Shown here: one piece after another, positions 36,901 to 49,394 of the stretch | How positions within the stretch are numbered: position 1 is the first letter of the stretch | Layout of the letters: every line of letters starts with the position of its first letter | NCBI RefSeq assembly: GCF_036971445.1 | Contig: NC_091473.1 | Span: 129,456,001 to 129,520,000 of the forward strand | Direction of reading: 5' to 3' | DNA length: 64,000 nt | Source: Narcine bancroftii | Taxonomy: Eukaryota | Translations under genes and position numbers: made by a program | The notes under the pieces: generated by a model | What the model saw: the letters and a program-made list of their open reading frames with translations, nothing else | The model's database searches: none | What the model was told of the DNA's origin: nothing

Positions 36901-37719
36901 ATGGTAAAGTGAAGTGCTGCATTAACCAAGAAATTAATTAGCACACAAAAATTGGGCTAAGGTGATGCTGCATAAAGGAACTTGTAAGTTTGATCTGATG
37001 CTGTATATGCAAAGAGTTTTGCCCCTACCAATAATGTTTTTCCTATTTGTGAACAGCAAGCTAGGGGAATTTAAGGAATCCCACACACATGTTCGGCTTA
37101 ACCTTTTTGAACCTAAAGCATCTATTCCATCTCTGAAAGAGCAGGTGAATGCTGATTTTAACTACTTTGTGGAAGTTATTGTGCAGTTGAGGAGCATTTA
37201 AAAAAATAAAAATAAATGACGGCCTTTTTCACAGGTGTTGATCATGATATCCTAATTACTGAAAGACGGCACGAGTTTGCTGGGCATTCTTAGTACCTGG
37301 AAAAACCATTAAGGTACAAGATGAAATGGCCAACACTGACCAGAGAGGTCCGTACCAGCATAACATGAATCCCGACCTGGAAAAAGCTGAATGATGATGT
37401 GCATCTTGCCAACTTTAGAATTGACAGCAACACATTCATTTACTAGAAAATATGCTTCTTCACTGGCACCCATATCAGTGCTGCAACTGTCGCACTTCCA
37501 ATTATTCAACCATGGCAAGACTAGAACAAAACTTACACATTGCAATATACTCATTACCACTATCATGGTCCCCAACTGAACCATATGGAAGGAAACCGTG
37601 CTTTGGATCATTGGTTCAATCGCCAAAGAAGAGCCGGTGTACATCATGAGAATTGAAGATGAGAGATTGCACCATTTAATCCTCCTACTTGCATATTTCT
37701 TCCCCCTTAACCCATAGTT

Positions 37720-39417
37720 CTTCTTTGGCTTGGCTTCGCGGACGAAGATTTATGGAGGGGGTAAAAAGTCCACGTCAGCTGCAGGCTCGTTTGTGGCTGA
37801 CCAGTCCGATGCGGGACAGGCAGACACGATTGCAGCGGTTGCAAGGGAAAATTGGTTGGTTGGGGTTGGGTGTTGGGTTTTTCCTCCTTTGCCTTTTGTC
37901 AGTGAGGTAGGCTCTGCGGTCTTCTTCAAAGGAGGCTGCTGCCCACCAAACTGTGAGGCGCCAAGATGCACGGTTTGAGGCGTTATCAGCCCACTGGCGG
38001 TGGTCAATGTGGCAGGCACCAAGAGATTTCTTTAGGCAGTCCTTGTACCTTTTCTTTGGTGCACCTCTGTCACGGTGGCCAGTGGAGAGCTCGCCATATA
38101 ATACGATCTTGGGAAGGCGATGGTCCTCCATTCTGGAGACGTGACCCATCCAGCGCAGCTGGATCTTCAGCAGCGTGGACTCGATGCTGTCGACCTCTGC
38201 CATCTCGAGTACCTCGACGTTAGGGGTGTGAGCGCTCCAATGGATGTTGAGGATGGAGCGGAGACAACGCTGGTGGAAGCGTTCTAGGAGCCGTAGGTGG
38301 TGCCGGTAGAGGACCCATGATTCGGAGCCGAACAGGAGTGTGGGTATGACAACGGCTCTGTATACGCTTATCTTTGTGAGGTTTTTCAGTTGGTTGTTTT
38401 TCCAGACTCTTTTGTGTAGTCTTCCAAAGGCGCTATTTGCCTTGGCGAGTCTGTTGTCTATCTCATTGTCGATCCTTGCATCTGATGAAATGGTGCAGCC
38501 GAGATAGGTAAACTGGTTGACCGTTTTGAGTTTTGTGTGCCCGATGGAGATGTGGGGGGGCTGGTAGTCATGGTGGGGAGCTGGCTGATGGAGGACCTCA
38601 GTTTTCTTCAGGCTGACTTCCAGGCCAAACATTTTGGCAGTTTCCGCAAAGCAGGACGTCAAGCGCTGAAGAGCTGGCTCTGAATGGGCAACTAAAGCGG
38701 CATCATCTGCAAAGAGTAGTTCACGGACAAGTTTCTCTTGTGTCTTGGTGTGAGCTTGCAGGCGCCTCAGATTGAAGAGACTGCCATCCGTGCGGTACCG
38801 GATGTAAACAGCGTCTTCATTGTTGGGGTCTTTCATGGCTTGGTTCAGCATCATGCTGAAGAAGATTGAAAAGAGGGTTGGTGCCAGAACACAGCCTTGC
38901 TTCACGCCATTGTTAATGGAGAAGGGTTCAGAGAGCTCATTGCTGTATCTGACCCGACCTTGTTGGTTTTCGTGCAGTTGGATAATCATGTTGAGGAACT
39001 TTGGGGGACATCCGATGCACTCTAGTATTTGCCAAAGCCCTTTCCTGCTCACGGTGTCGAAGGCTTTGGTGAGGTCAACAAAGGTGATGTAGAGTCCTTT
39101 GTTTTGTTCTCTGCACTTTTCTTGGAGCTGTCTGAGGGCAAAGACCATGTCAGTGGTTCCTCTGTTTGCGCGAAAGCCGCACTGTGATTCTGGGAGAATA
39201 TTCTCAGCGACACTAGGTATTATTCTATTTAGTAGAATCCTAGCGAAGATTTTGCCTGCAATGGAGAGCAACGTGATTCCCCTGTAGTTTGAGCAGTCTG
39301 ATTTCTTGCCTTTGTTTTTGTACAGGGTGATGATGGTGGCATCACGAAGATCCTGAGGCAGTTTACCTTGGTCCCAACAAAGCTTGAAAAACTCATGCAG
39401 TTTGGCATAGTTTGGCA
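37720..39417 (-). mobile_element. Young 5'-truncated RTE-clade LINE
   Basis: 12-bp TSD TAACCCATAGTT (37708-37719/39418-39429); short 3' UTR with hairpin CTTCG-TCCG-CGAAG and GAA tail. Confidence 0.97.
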
Positions 39418-39418
39418 T
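37775..39418 (-). CDS. RTE reverse transcriptase ORF (547 aa, uninterrupted, lacks the endonuclease domain)
   Basis: NYRGITLLS, SQCGFR, FVDLTKAFDTV, GVKQGCVLAP, LFADD, FTYLG, LRWMGHV and a C-terminal Cys/His finger. Confidence 0.9.
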   Translation of the reverse strand: MPNYAKLHEFFKLCWDQGKLPQDLRDATIITLYKNKGKKSDCSNYRGITLLSIAGKIFARILLNRIIPSVAENILPESQCGFRANRGTTDMVFALRQLQEKCREQNKGLYITFVDLTKAFDTVSRKGLWQILECIGCPPKFLNMIIQLHENQQGRVRYSNELSEPFSINNGVKQGCVLAPTLFSIFFSMMLNQAMKDPNNEDAVYIRYRTDGSLFNLRRLQAHTKTQEKLVRELLFADDAALVAHSEPALQRLTSCFAETAKMFGLEVSLKKTEVLHQPAPHHDYQPPHISIGHTKLKTVNQFTYLGCTISSDARIDNEIDNRLAKANSAFGRLHKRVWKNNQLKNLTKISVYRAVVIPTLLFGSESWVLYRHHLRLLERFHQRCLRSILNIHWSAHTPNVEVLEMAEVDSIESTLLKIQLRWMGHVSRMEDHRLPKIVLYGELSTGHRDRGAPKKRYKDCLKKSLGACHIDHRQWADNASNRASWRLTVWWAAASFEEDRRAYLTDKRQRRKNPTPNPNQPIFPCNRCNRVCLSRIGLVSHKRACS

Positions 39419-40684
39419 AACCCATAGTTACTTCTCCCATAAAACATTCAAAAGCTTTAAACGTGATTCTTGCCTCTCTTCCATCTCGCCTCACCATTAC
39501 GAAACTGAAGAACTCACCACACTTGGTCATCGCACCCACCAGTTCTGAGCTTGGCCCTTTGCCATAACCAGATAGGAAGGATTTATACCTATTCCATCAT
39601 GAGGAATGCATGGCATTATCAGGCTAGTGGGAATAATACAGTAATAACATTTTATAAGCCAACACCAAGATCTGGTCCAGAGAACTTTGAGGACTACAAC
39701 AGCACAGCTTATTGAAGAAGACCAAGAATTATCTACATGGAGATCCCATGCAGTTGAAACTCTGCAGACGTTGAGATTCTCGGGGAAGAATCTAGGCACA
39801 TGGATCCTACAGCAGGTTGTTTCATCAAAGTTTTGACAAGTTTTCAGTGGGCCCAAGCATGGGCTGCATCTGATGGTAGAACTTATAACCTTCATTACAA
39901 AATATGAAGCAACGCGAATGCAGCAGTGGAATGTTGGGTTTCTGCCCAGAAAACTCAGTTTGCTGCAAATTTAGCTTTGGTTTCCACTGTTGGGAATGAA
40001 TTTGCTAATATCATAGTTCAACAGATTAGTCAGCTTGCTGATGCCTTATTCTCTGCAGAGGTAACAGGACATGTATCTTTCTACTTTCGCTTTGTGTGAT
40101 TTTTTTTTTTTCTCTCTTTCCATGGAGTATTTCTGCTTCCACCACTTTCATGTGATGTGCTGTTGCCTGTCAGCCAACTAGACCTGGCTGGTGCCACTCA
40201 TGATCAGATGGTGCTGTGGAAAGCCAAGCTATATAGCAGCAGATTTGCACAAAGTCATCTTGTAAGCCATCTTCTCCATCACCAAAGAACAGTAAACCAT
40301 CCATCACTGAGGGAGAACAGGGTAGAAGTAATAAAGTCCAACAAAAAGCCTGTCGAACACAGTCACAAAGAGGTTAGAAAAGGCCGACTATTTAAGTATT
40401 GTGTGGGGTTTTTTTTGTTGCTTTTGCTATTTTCTATTGTTTATCATGTTGATTTTATTGTTTCTTGCTCTTCAAGATTTATATAAGACGGAACTTCAAA
40501 ATGATTGATTACAGAGAGATGGCAGTGTGGGTCACAGGGTCATTTGGAGGATTTGTGTTCCTTGTTAGTGGAGTCAATCTCGTGGAAGATGAGCGTTATT
40601 GGGTGGCACAGTTGGATGGTCAACACTGTTGCATTGCCAACAACCCTGTGTTGGAATCTGGCACTGCCTGTGGGGAGTTAGTAT

Positions 40685-40999
40685 TGTGATGGATTATATC
40701 ATATTTTATATTGTATATAGTTATGCTTTTGAAGGAGATAGATTGTGGGGGTAGTGTAGGTCACAAGCAAACACAAACACTTCACAAAACAGATCTCATT
40801 TAAAATGCCAGAGCTTTGTCAAGCCAGACAGTCCAGGCTCCAAGTGTCTTTGCAAAAACTTTGAAGAATGCCTATAGAGACTTCACATTTGATGTGCTGT
40901 GGAGTAATAGATTATTGTTTTGAAAGCAATGGGGTCAGAAGATTGTGTCCGGAGCTGCAATCTGTTTGGGTGCAGTTTGCTGTTCTAAGAGAACAGCAA

Positions 41000-41041
<42 letters not shown>

Positions 41042-41649
41042 GAGACAAACAGGCTTTCTCCAAGAGGGAAAGACAGGTTGTGAGTTCTGAGTTCAGCCTG
41101 TTGAAAACTCGTGTGGTCCATACAAGAGGAAATGATTGTCTAGAGTGCTTGCTTCACCTGAAATAAAGAAAACCAAAAGAACTCTGGTGACCTGCAGAAG
41201 AACAGGTTATCATTTGGAAAACCCTGATGGGGCAGGTTTCTTTGGCAAGACACTAAAGTGACTGATGGAAGTAAATCAATTTGTGTGTGTCCAACGAGCA
41301 ACAAATCTCTCTTTGAAACCAACAAGAACCTTCCTGAGCGTTAACCAGAGCTTGGTGAAAATTCCTAAATGTTAAATTCTATGCACAGTATAAGGATTGC
41401 CTAATACCAGTGAACTTGGAAGAGTGAGAAGTGAGATTGGACTGTGAATCAAAGAACTTTTCTGAACTTATACACACATTACATACATGTGCGCTTAGAA
41501 TTAGAATGGGGTTAAGTTAATAGTAATAAGTTAAAGTTTGATTCTGTTTTATGTTTAAAGAAAATTAAAAGCAACTCTTGTTTAAGTAACAATTTATCTT
41601 GGTGAATTTCTATTGCTGCTGGGTTTTGAGGTCCCCTAGGCCCATAACA
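40685..41649 (+). mobile_element. Solo LTR (same family as 30784-31752), inserted in a V-SINE
   Basis: TGTGA...TAACA, flanks GTAT/TTAT, internal (GA)n. V-SINE halves at ~40600-40684 and 41650-41745. Confidence 0.85.
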
Positions 41650-41749
41650 TTATGCTCTCCCCTTGTCTGCATTGGTTTCTTCAGGATGCTTCAGTTTCCT
41701 TCCACCCTTCAAAATCCTACTGGATTGTAGGTCAATTGGGTGTATACAT

Positions 41750-42345
41750 TCCTTTTCTTCCTCAGGAGTTTTCGGGCGTTTAGTATAACATCAGAAAGCC
41801 TGGCGAATTTCTCCAGATGGGGTGGTGGAAGATGTGCTAACTGGCAGCTTCATGGTCTAGTATGGGAACTCCAAATAACTCTGAGTGTAAAGCCCTTGAA
41901 AAGATAGTGGACATCACAGCCCAGGATATCACAGGCATAACTCCCCCCCGCCCCCCCCCCCCCATCAAGAACATCTACTGGGAACACTGCCATCGGAGAG
42001 CAACAGCAGTCATCAAGGATGCACACCACCCAGCACATGTTCTGTTCTCATTGCAACCATCAGGAAGGAGGTAGAGGTGCTGCAAGACTCACACCACCAG
42101 AATCAGGAACAGCTGCTTCCCTTCCACCATCAGACTCCTCAACGACAAACTCAATCAGGGACTCATTTAAGGACTTTTGCACTTCAATTTTTTTTAAATT
42201 TCTCCGTTCCTTTATTTCTTTATTTGTTCATGCTTATGTTGAGTACAGTTTTTTTTGCAATACCAATAAGTGGTAATTCTGCTTTGTCCTCAATAAAAAA
42301 AATCTTAGGTGTGAATGTGATGTCATTTATGCCCATTAAATCTGA
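41750..42345 (+). mobile_element. Rex/Babar-like LINE 3' part
   Basis: IKDAHHPAHVLFSLQPSGRR, NSCFPSTIRLLN-type C-terminus. Confidence 0.8.
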
Positions 42346-43393
42346 ACCTGTAATTGAGCGGCACGGGATGAAAGGGCTGGGTCCGTGCTGTATGTCTAAA
42401 TTTAAATTTAACTGATCATCCATGTGTGGTCTTGAGGCCGGTTAGGGAAAATCTTCTCAATCTGCTCCTGCAGTCCCAGTGCTGGAAACCCAAGGTTGTA
42501 TTTTAGGGTTCGGGTTCAAAGCAATGAACAGTAAAGTGAAGTTAGATTTTCACGTAAAGATGTGTGAATTGGAATCAATCTCGCTAGAGCAGAAGCAAGA
42601 GGAGCTAGCTGTTACATTCTGCATGGTAAAGTTCAAAGCTTTCCTTTAATTGGAGGGCAGTTGTCATTAAGGTGATACAGGTTTACACAATGATGGACTA
42701 ATTCATTGGTTTGGCATTACGTGTCTTTGCTGATTGAACTAAAATTTTGTCATTGCATAGAACTTTTCTTAAACCATAACCCTTTGTCAGAGCAAATCCT
42801 AGAACACTTTGAAAAGTAAGGAGTTGAATCCCCTGCTGCAGCATACATGGTGTCAGGATATACTTTTCCTGACACAGTAATTAATTCCCTGATCCGGGTC
42901 AATTTGTCATCAGTGTCATCCATCGTCCAGAATGCGACGAGTGGGAATATGGTAATGCTTTTGAATGTCAAGGGGAAATGAGAGGACTTTGTGAGACTTC
43001 CATTTGATGAATGGAAGACACTAGTGTTGTACAGTGTTAACTTGCCACTCATCATCCCAAATCTGAAAAACGCCAAGGCCTTGCTGCATTTGGACAGCAG
43101 TTGACTCTGTGGGTGAGCCTTGAATTGATAGAGGAAGGCCCTTATCTGAATATCAAGGCCATAAGACTCACCCCCTGCAGCACATTCATGAAGGATTCCC
43201 CCTTTGCACGAGTTAACAGCACAACCTTCTTTCTCCTACTCCTTCCCAGCAGAAAAAAAATCAATGCCATCCATCGGGCAGGAGGTGCAGTATGTTGGAG
43301 ATGAATGGAATGTTGGCCTTAATCATAAGATGAACAGTATGAAATGGAAAAAAAAATGCGATCATATTTAGACTATGTTCGGAATATTGATTA

Positions 43394-43975
43394 TATAACC
43401 ATATAACCACTTACAGCACAGAACAGGCCAGTTCGGCCCTACTAGTCCATGCCGTAACAAATCCCCACCCTCCTAGTCCCACTGTCCAGCACTCGGTCCA
43501 TACCCCTCCAGTCCTCTCCTATCCATGTAACTATCTAGTCTTTCCTTAAATGTAACCAATGATCCCGCCTCGACCACGTCTGTCGGAAGCTCATTCCACA
43601 TCCTCACCACCCTTTGCGTAAAGAAATTTCCCCTCATGTTCCCCTTATAATTTTCCCCCTTCAATCTTAAACCATGCCCTCTAGTTTGAATCTCTCCCAC
43701 TCTTAGTTGAAAAAGCCTATCCACGTTTACTCAGTCTGTCCCTTTTAAAATCTTAAACACCTCTATCAAGTCCCCTCTCAATCTTCTACGCTCCAGAGAA
43801 AAAAGCCCTAGTCTGCACAATCTTTCCCTGAAACTCAAACCTTGAAATCCTGTCAACATTCTCGTGAACCTTCTCTGCACTCTCTCTATTTTGTTTATAT
43901 CTTTCCTATAATTTGGTGACCAAAACTGTACACAGTATTTCAAATTTGGCCTCACCAATGCCTTGTACAAATTTT
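43394..43975 (-). mobile_element. CR1 3' part
   Basis: [19 protein letters not shown]...[13 protein letters not shown]; (GGTTATAT)n tail. Confidence 0.93.
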
Positions 43976-44189
43976 TCAAGAAAACTTAGAAGTAGGCTGA
44001 TTAATTCATCCAATCCAGAAAGCTTGTTCTGTGTTATCAGAAATCTTTCGACATGTCCTTAAATCCTTTCTCCCTCTTCTGCTTCTCTAACATTTCTTTG
44101 TTTCGACTCCTCCCTGTGATAGGAAGGCAAAAAGGCCCTTATTAACCAGGTACTTTTAATTATTTGTGTATTCAGTTTATATTTAAATG

Positions 44190-44410
44190 TCGACATACAA
44201 CATAGTAACAGGTCCTTTTGGCCCTTGAGCTCATGCCATCAAAATATCCCAATTCACCTACAATCCCTGCATGGATGGTGGGAGGAAACCAGAATGCCTG
44301 GAGGAAACTCATGCGGATATGAACTCCTTACAGACAGTGCCGGATTCTAACCTGGGTTGCAGATGCTGTAATAGCGTAGTGGTAACTGCTATGGTAACTA
44401 TTCTACCCTA
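44190..44410 (-). mobile_element. V-SINE
   Basis: Reverse complement of a tRNA head plus V core (GGGAGGAAACC.GA..GCCTGGAGGAAAC). Confidence 0.7.
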
Positions 44411-44619
44411 AACACCTCTGATCTCTTCTTACTTCTCTTCCTCATTTAGAATATAATGTCCCAAGCAACATTTGATATATTGTATCCAGAGCTGGGTGTT
44501 GTTAGCAAGGCCAGTGTTTATTACCTATCGTCAATTGGTGAGCAAGCTTCTTGAACCGTTACAGCCCTTCTAGTGACAGGACTCCCACAATACTGCTAGA
44601 AGTACTGCTTCGTTCTTAG

Positions 44620-45497
44620 ACCCCTGCTCTCCTCGCTCTACACCTATGACTGTGGCTCAGTACGACAACAACACCGTTTATAAATTTGTTGACGATTGCA
44701 CGGTGGTGGATTGTATAAAAAGGGTTGATTAGTCAGCATTTAGGAGGGAGGTTGAAAACTTGGCTGCATAGTGTACCAACAGCAACCTCACACTCAATTT
44801 CATCAAAACCAAGGAGCTGATTATTGACATCAGCAAGGGAAAACCAGAGGTGTACGATCCAGTGATAATTGGGATTCATATGTGGAGAGGGTGAGCAAAT
44901 TTAAGTTGTTGGGAGTCACTATCTTGAAGGATATTTCCTGGACCCAACACACGAACGGCATCATGAAGAAAGTATGTTATTGCCTCTATTTCCTCTGGAG
45001 TTTGCAGAGGTTTGGTATGACATCGGAATCCATGGCAAATGTCAACAGATATGTGGAGAAAAGTGTGCTGCCCGGCTGCATTGTAGTCTGGTATGGAGTC
45101 ACTAATACCCCTGAGCCTAAAGCCCTTCAAGTATATGTACAGGGAATGCTGCCGTCAGAGAATAGCAGCAATCATCAAGGATCTACATCAACCAGCACAT
45201 GCTCTGGTCTCGCTGCAGCCATCAGTAATGAGGTATAGGTGCCATCAAGTTCAGGAACAGCTGTTACCCATCCACCATTAGTCTCCTCAATAACCAACTC
45301 AATCAGAGACTCATTTAAGGACTCTAACTTTTGCATTTTATTGATTTTGTTTTCTCTCTGTATTGCACAGTCAGTTTGTTCTAATTTCTTTATTTGTTTA
45401 CCTGTATACATATCTTCTATCGTACAGATTTTGCATGAGCAATAAGTGGTAAATTTGCCTGCCCGAAAGAAAAACAATCCCAGGTTATATATGATGT
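44620..45497 (+). mobile_element. Rex/Babar-like LINE RT fragment
   Basis: LYTYDC, KFVDDCTVV, VERVSKFKLLGV, CIVVWYG. Confidence 0.85.
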
Positions 45498-45795
45498 TGT
45501 CATGGTCACGTACTTACCTGCATTGGAGCAGTGCCGTTCGCCGCTGATGATGTATCTGAGGCAACCCATGGGAGTAATAGCGTGCATGCTGGGTTATTTA
45601 AGCAGACAACTCAGGAGGAGGAGAGTAAGAATGCTAGGGTAACCCATGTAGGGGTTTGGCTGGGTGGTGTTTGGGGTGATGAATGCAGTGTTGGGTCTGA
45701 AGAGAATAAAGAGTGTCGACTCCATTTTGTGCTGGAAGAAACAAGTGAGTGCATTCTTTAATTGTGTGTAAACGAGGTAAATCAGTATTGCTACA
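45498..45795 (+). mobile_element. Solo Gypsy LTR related to the LTRs of 27075-32478
   Basis: TGTCATGGTCACGTACTTACC...CTGATGATGTA...AATAAA...AATCAGTATTGCTACA is colinear with those LTRs; inserted in the Rex tail. Confidence 0.75.
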
Positions 45796-46067
45796 ATACC
45801 ATGTATGGACTCTGACAATCAAGCTGAACTTTGAAATGTTATGGGGCCAGCGAAAATGCTGAAGTTTACGTGTTCCTGTGGCACTTGGGCCATGATGATA
45901 GTCCCATGGGCTTGGGAGATGTTGTTGGAATAGCTTCCATGAATAATGGCCATCGTTATTTTGATGGCCATCACTGCAGTCAACGTGCAACAGGGAGTAG
46001 TGATGGGAGTAGAGGTTGTTTAGCATGGGAGATGGGATAAGAGGCACAGTATGTTTTCGTGGTGGAT

Positions 46068-47305
46068 GAACAACAAGGACCAACAAGGTCGGGTCAGATA
46101 CAGCAATGAGCTCTCTGAACCCTTCTCTATTAACAATGGCGTGAAGCAAGGCTGCGTTCTCGCACCAACCCTCTTTTCAATCTTCTTCAGCATGATGCTG
46201 AAACAAGCCATGAAAGACCTCAACGATGAAGACGCTGTTTACATCCGGTACCGCACGGATGGCAGTCTCTTCAATCTGAGGCGCCTGCAAGCTCACACCA
46301 AGACACAAGAGCAACTTGTCCGTGAACTACTCTTTGCAGACGATGCCGCTTTAGTTGCCCATTCAGAGCCAGCTCTTCAGCGCTTGACGTCCTGCTTTGC
46401 GGAAACTGCCAAAATGTTTGGCCTGGAAGTCAGCCTGAAGAAAACTGAGGTCCTCCATCAGCCAGCTCCCCACCATGATTACCAGCCCCCCCACATCTCC
46501 ATTGGGCACACAGAACTCAAAATGGTCAACCAGTTTACCTATCTCGGCTGCACCATTTCATCGGATGCAAGGATCGACAACGAGATAGACAACAGACTCG
46601 CCAAGGCAAATAGCGCCTTTGGAAGACTACACAAAAGAGTCTGGAAAAACAACCAACTGAAAAACCTCACAAAGCTAAGCGTATACAGAGCCGTTGTCAT
46701 ACCCATACTCCTGTTCGGCTCCGAATCATGGGTCCTCTACCGGCATCACCTACGGCTCCTAGAACGCTTCCACCAGCGTTGTCTCCGCTCCATCCTCAAC
46801 ATTCATTGGAGAGCTTTCATCCCTAACGTCGAAGTACTCGAGATGGCAGAGGTCAACAGCATCGAGTCCACGCTGCTGAAGATCCAGCTGCGCTGGGTGG
46901 GTCACGTCTCCAGAATGGAGGACCATCGCCTTCCCAAGATCGTGTTATATGACGAGCTCTCCACTGGCCACCGTGACAGAGGTGCACCAAAGAAAAGGTG
47001 CAAGGACTGCCTAAAGAAATCTCTTGGTGTCTGCCCCATTGACCACCGCCAGTGGGCTGATATCACCTCAAACCGTGCATCTTGGCGCCTCACAGTTCGG
47101 CGGGCAGCAACCTCCTTTGAAGAAGACCGCAGAGCCCACCTCACTGACAAAAGGCAAAGGAGGAAAAACCCAACCCCAACCAACCAATTTTCCCCTGCAA
47201 CCGCTGCAACCCCGCATCGGACTTGTGAGCCACAAACGAGCCTGCAGCTGACGTGGACATTTACCCCCTCCATAAATCTTCGTCCGAGAAGCCAAGCCAA
47301 AGAAA
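46068..47305 (+). mobile_element. Young 5'-truncated RTE LINE (ORF 46051-47319)
   Basis: QQGRVRYS...LFADD...LRWVGHV, highly similar to 37775-39418; small 3' deletions shift the frame near the end. Confidence 0.95.
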
Positions 47306-48293
47306 GAATGCAGGTATAGATGTTGTATGGTCGAATCTAATGGATGATGGGCACATTGGCCTCCCCTCCCTAAGCTCTGTAGCTGATCAAGTCATTCATT
47401 TTTTTTCGGCCAAACAAAATTTCACTGAGAAATTATATTTTCGGATATAGCTTTCTCATATTTTTTTGTGACAGCAAGCGTGCATAGTTTGTGATCCTGT
47501 CAAACAATATATTATATTTGCATTCGAATGATTGATTTCATAAAAATCTCAGAAATGTGCTCTTGATACCACCAAGATATTCCTTAGCCGTAAAAAAAAA
47601 TCTTCAAAAATGCTTTGAATTAAATTGAATAAAACTATAACAGGATAGGTTTTATAGTTTAATTTATGCTGTAACCTGCTGCATTTCTTTCTATGGTTGA
47701 CATTTATTTCATTTCAATAAAAGTTACGTATCTTCATATTTAAATAACATAAAATATATTTGAAGGTTTAACTTGCGTACCAAATTTATTTTATATCTCT
47801 TCAGATTTCAGTGCTAGATCTGTATTTTTCATTCTACGTTTCCTTTGTACTTTCCATGCTTTGGATGATATTCTGATTCAGCAAGAAGTCCTTGTAGGGA
47901 AAACTCAAAGCCACCAGCATTTTTAATTTCTTCCCATGACAAACATGAGTCATAGTTTACATCTAAACATTTTAAAGTTAATATTATGTTCTTACGCCTC
48001 AGTGATGATGTGTGTTTTTTTAAATTCTGCTGTAAACAAACTGCTTGCACCTCAGGTACACTTTAGCAGAAGCTTTGTTTCCGTTGAGACAAGATTAACA
48101 TTTTCTCCATCAGTGGATCAATGGGCATTTTTCTGGTGGCAATCAGTAGTGAGTAGAGTGCCACAGGGGATAATGCTGGGACTGCCAATGTTCACTGTGT
48201 ACAGTCATGATGTAGAAGTGGGGACCAAGTGCGTGTATCTGAGTTTGCTGATGACACTAAATTAAATGGAAAAGCAAATTTTGCAGAGGGTAT

Positions 48294-49046
48294 TGTGACA
48301 AGAGTATTTCGAGGTGGTTTGAGAGGAATTGTTAGAGCAGCTTCCAACACGGAATATTTGCAGGACTTTTCCAGAATTCTTTTCGAGGGAGGCAACAAAG
48401 TATTGACAGCAGCTTGCCTGGGAGAACATGTGATCTTTGCAGGCGGAGAACTGTTTTGCTCTCAGAGAGGGAGGGTGTGAAACAGAGAGTGGAGAAGACA
48501 GAAATCAGTTCCTGAAGGCAAGCTGGCAAACTTTGGAAGGCTGCCTGGTCCATGGAGAAAATTAGTAGTCTGAAAGGTGACCTGAAAGAAAGAGGATCAT
48601 CTGGAGAACTCTGAAGGGGGTGGGGAAGTTTCATCTGCAAGATTGATTGAGAAGGAATCAGTTGCGGATGTCCTGGAAAAGGAATCTCTGAAAACCAGCA
48701 TAAACCCTCCTGAGTGGTAACCATTTGCCTGTTAAGCACCAAAGACTGGTGAACTTTGTTAATGCTAACTTCTGTGCACAGTACAAGAATTGCCTGCAAC
48801 CAGTGAAATTGGACTGTGATCCAAAGAACTTTTCTAATCTTAAATATACATTACACAGAGCTGAGCGTAGTATTAGAGGGGGGATTAAGTAGGTTAGGTA
48901 GGTTAATTAAGTTGATAGTACTAAGTTAAAATTTAACTCTGTTTTCTTGTTCAATTGTAATTAAAAACTACTTTTGTTTAAGTCACCCTGTGTTGTCGTG
49001 CATATCTCTTGCTGCTAGTTTTTGGGGTCCTCTGGACTCTGTAACA
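48294..49046 (+). mobile_element. Solo LTR (753 bp), related family, inserted in CR1
   Basis: TGTGACA...TGTAACA, TSD GTAT; 3' half homologous to the ~970-bp LTRs. CR1 pieces at ~48120-48290 and 49050-49370. Confidence 0.85.
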
Positions 49047-49394
49047 GTATTAAGAGTCTGCAGAGATATATAGATAGATGGAGTTCAATGTTGGTGAATG
49101 TGAGGTCATCTTTGAGAAGAAAATAGAAGATCAGATTATTCTTTAAATGGTGAAATATTGGAGCATGCTGTTGTGCAGAGGAACCTGGGACTGCTTGTGC
49201 ATGAATTCCAAAGGTTTTCCAACAGGTAATCAAGAATGCAAAATGGAAATTTGACCTTCATTACTAAGGGATTGAATTTAAGAGCAGGGAATTCTGCTGC
49301 AGTGTTTTGGTGAGGCTGCACCGTGAGAACTATATGCAATTCTAGTCTCCTTACTTGAGAAAAGATACATCCATTGAGAAATTGTAAAATGGAT

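Larger units (their letters stand above)
37230..39570 (+). mobile_element. Ancient RTE/L2-like remnant flanking the young RTE
   Basis: YIMRIEDERLHHLILL at ~37640-37690 resembles HV.RM.D.RLPK.LL; appears to resume after 39430. Weak. Confidence 0.4.

Noticed and set aside
40868-41166. ERERER-rich ORFs
   Set aside because: Translation of the (GA)n microsatellite within a solo LTR.
42750-43076. 108-aa minus-strand ORF
   Set aside because: No domain recognised; the region looks like a highly decayed CR1/L2-type remnant.
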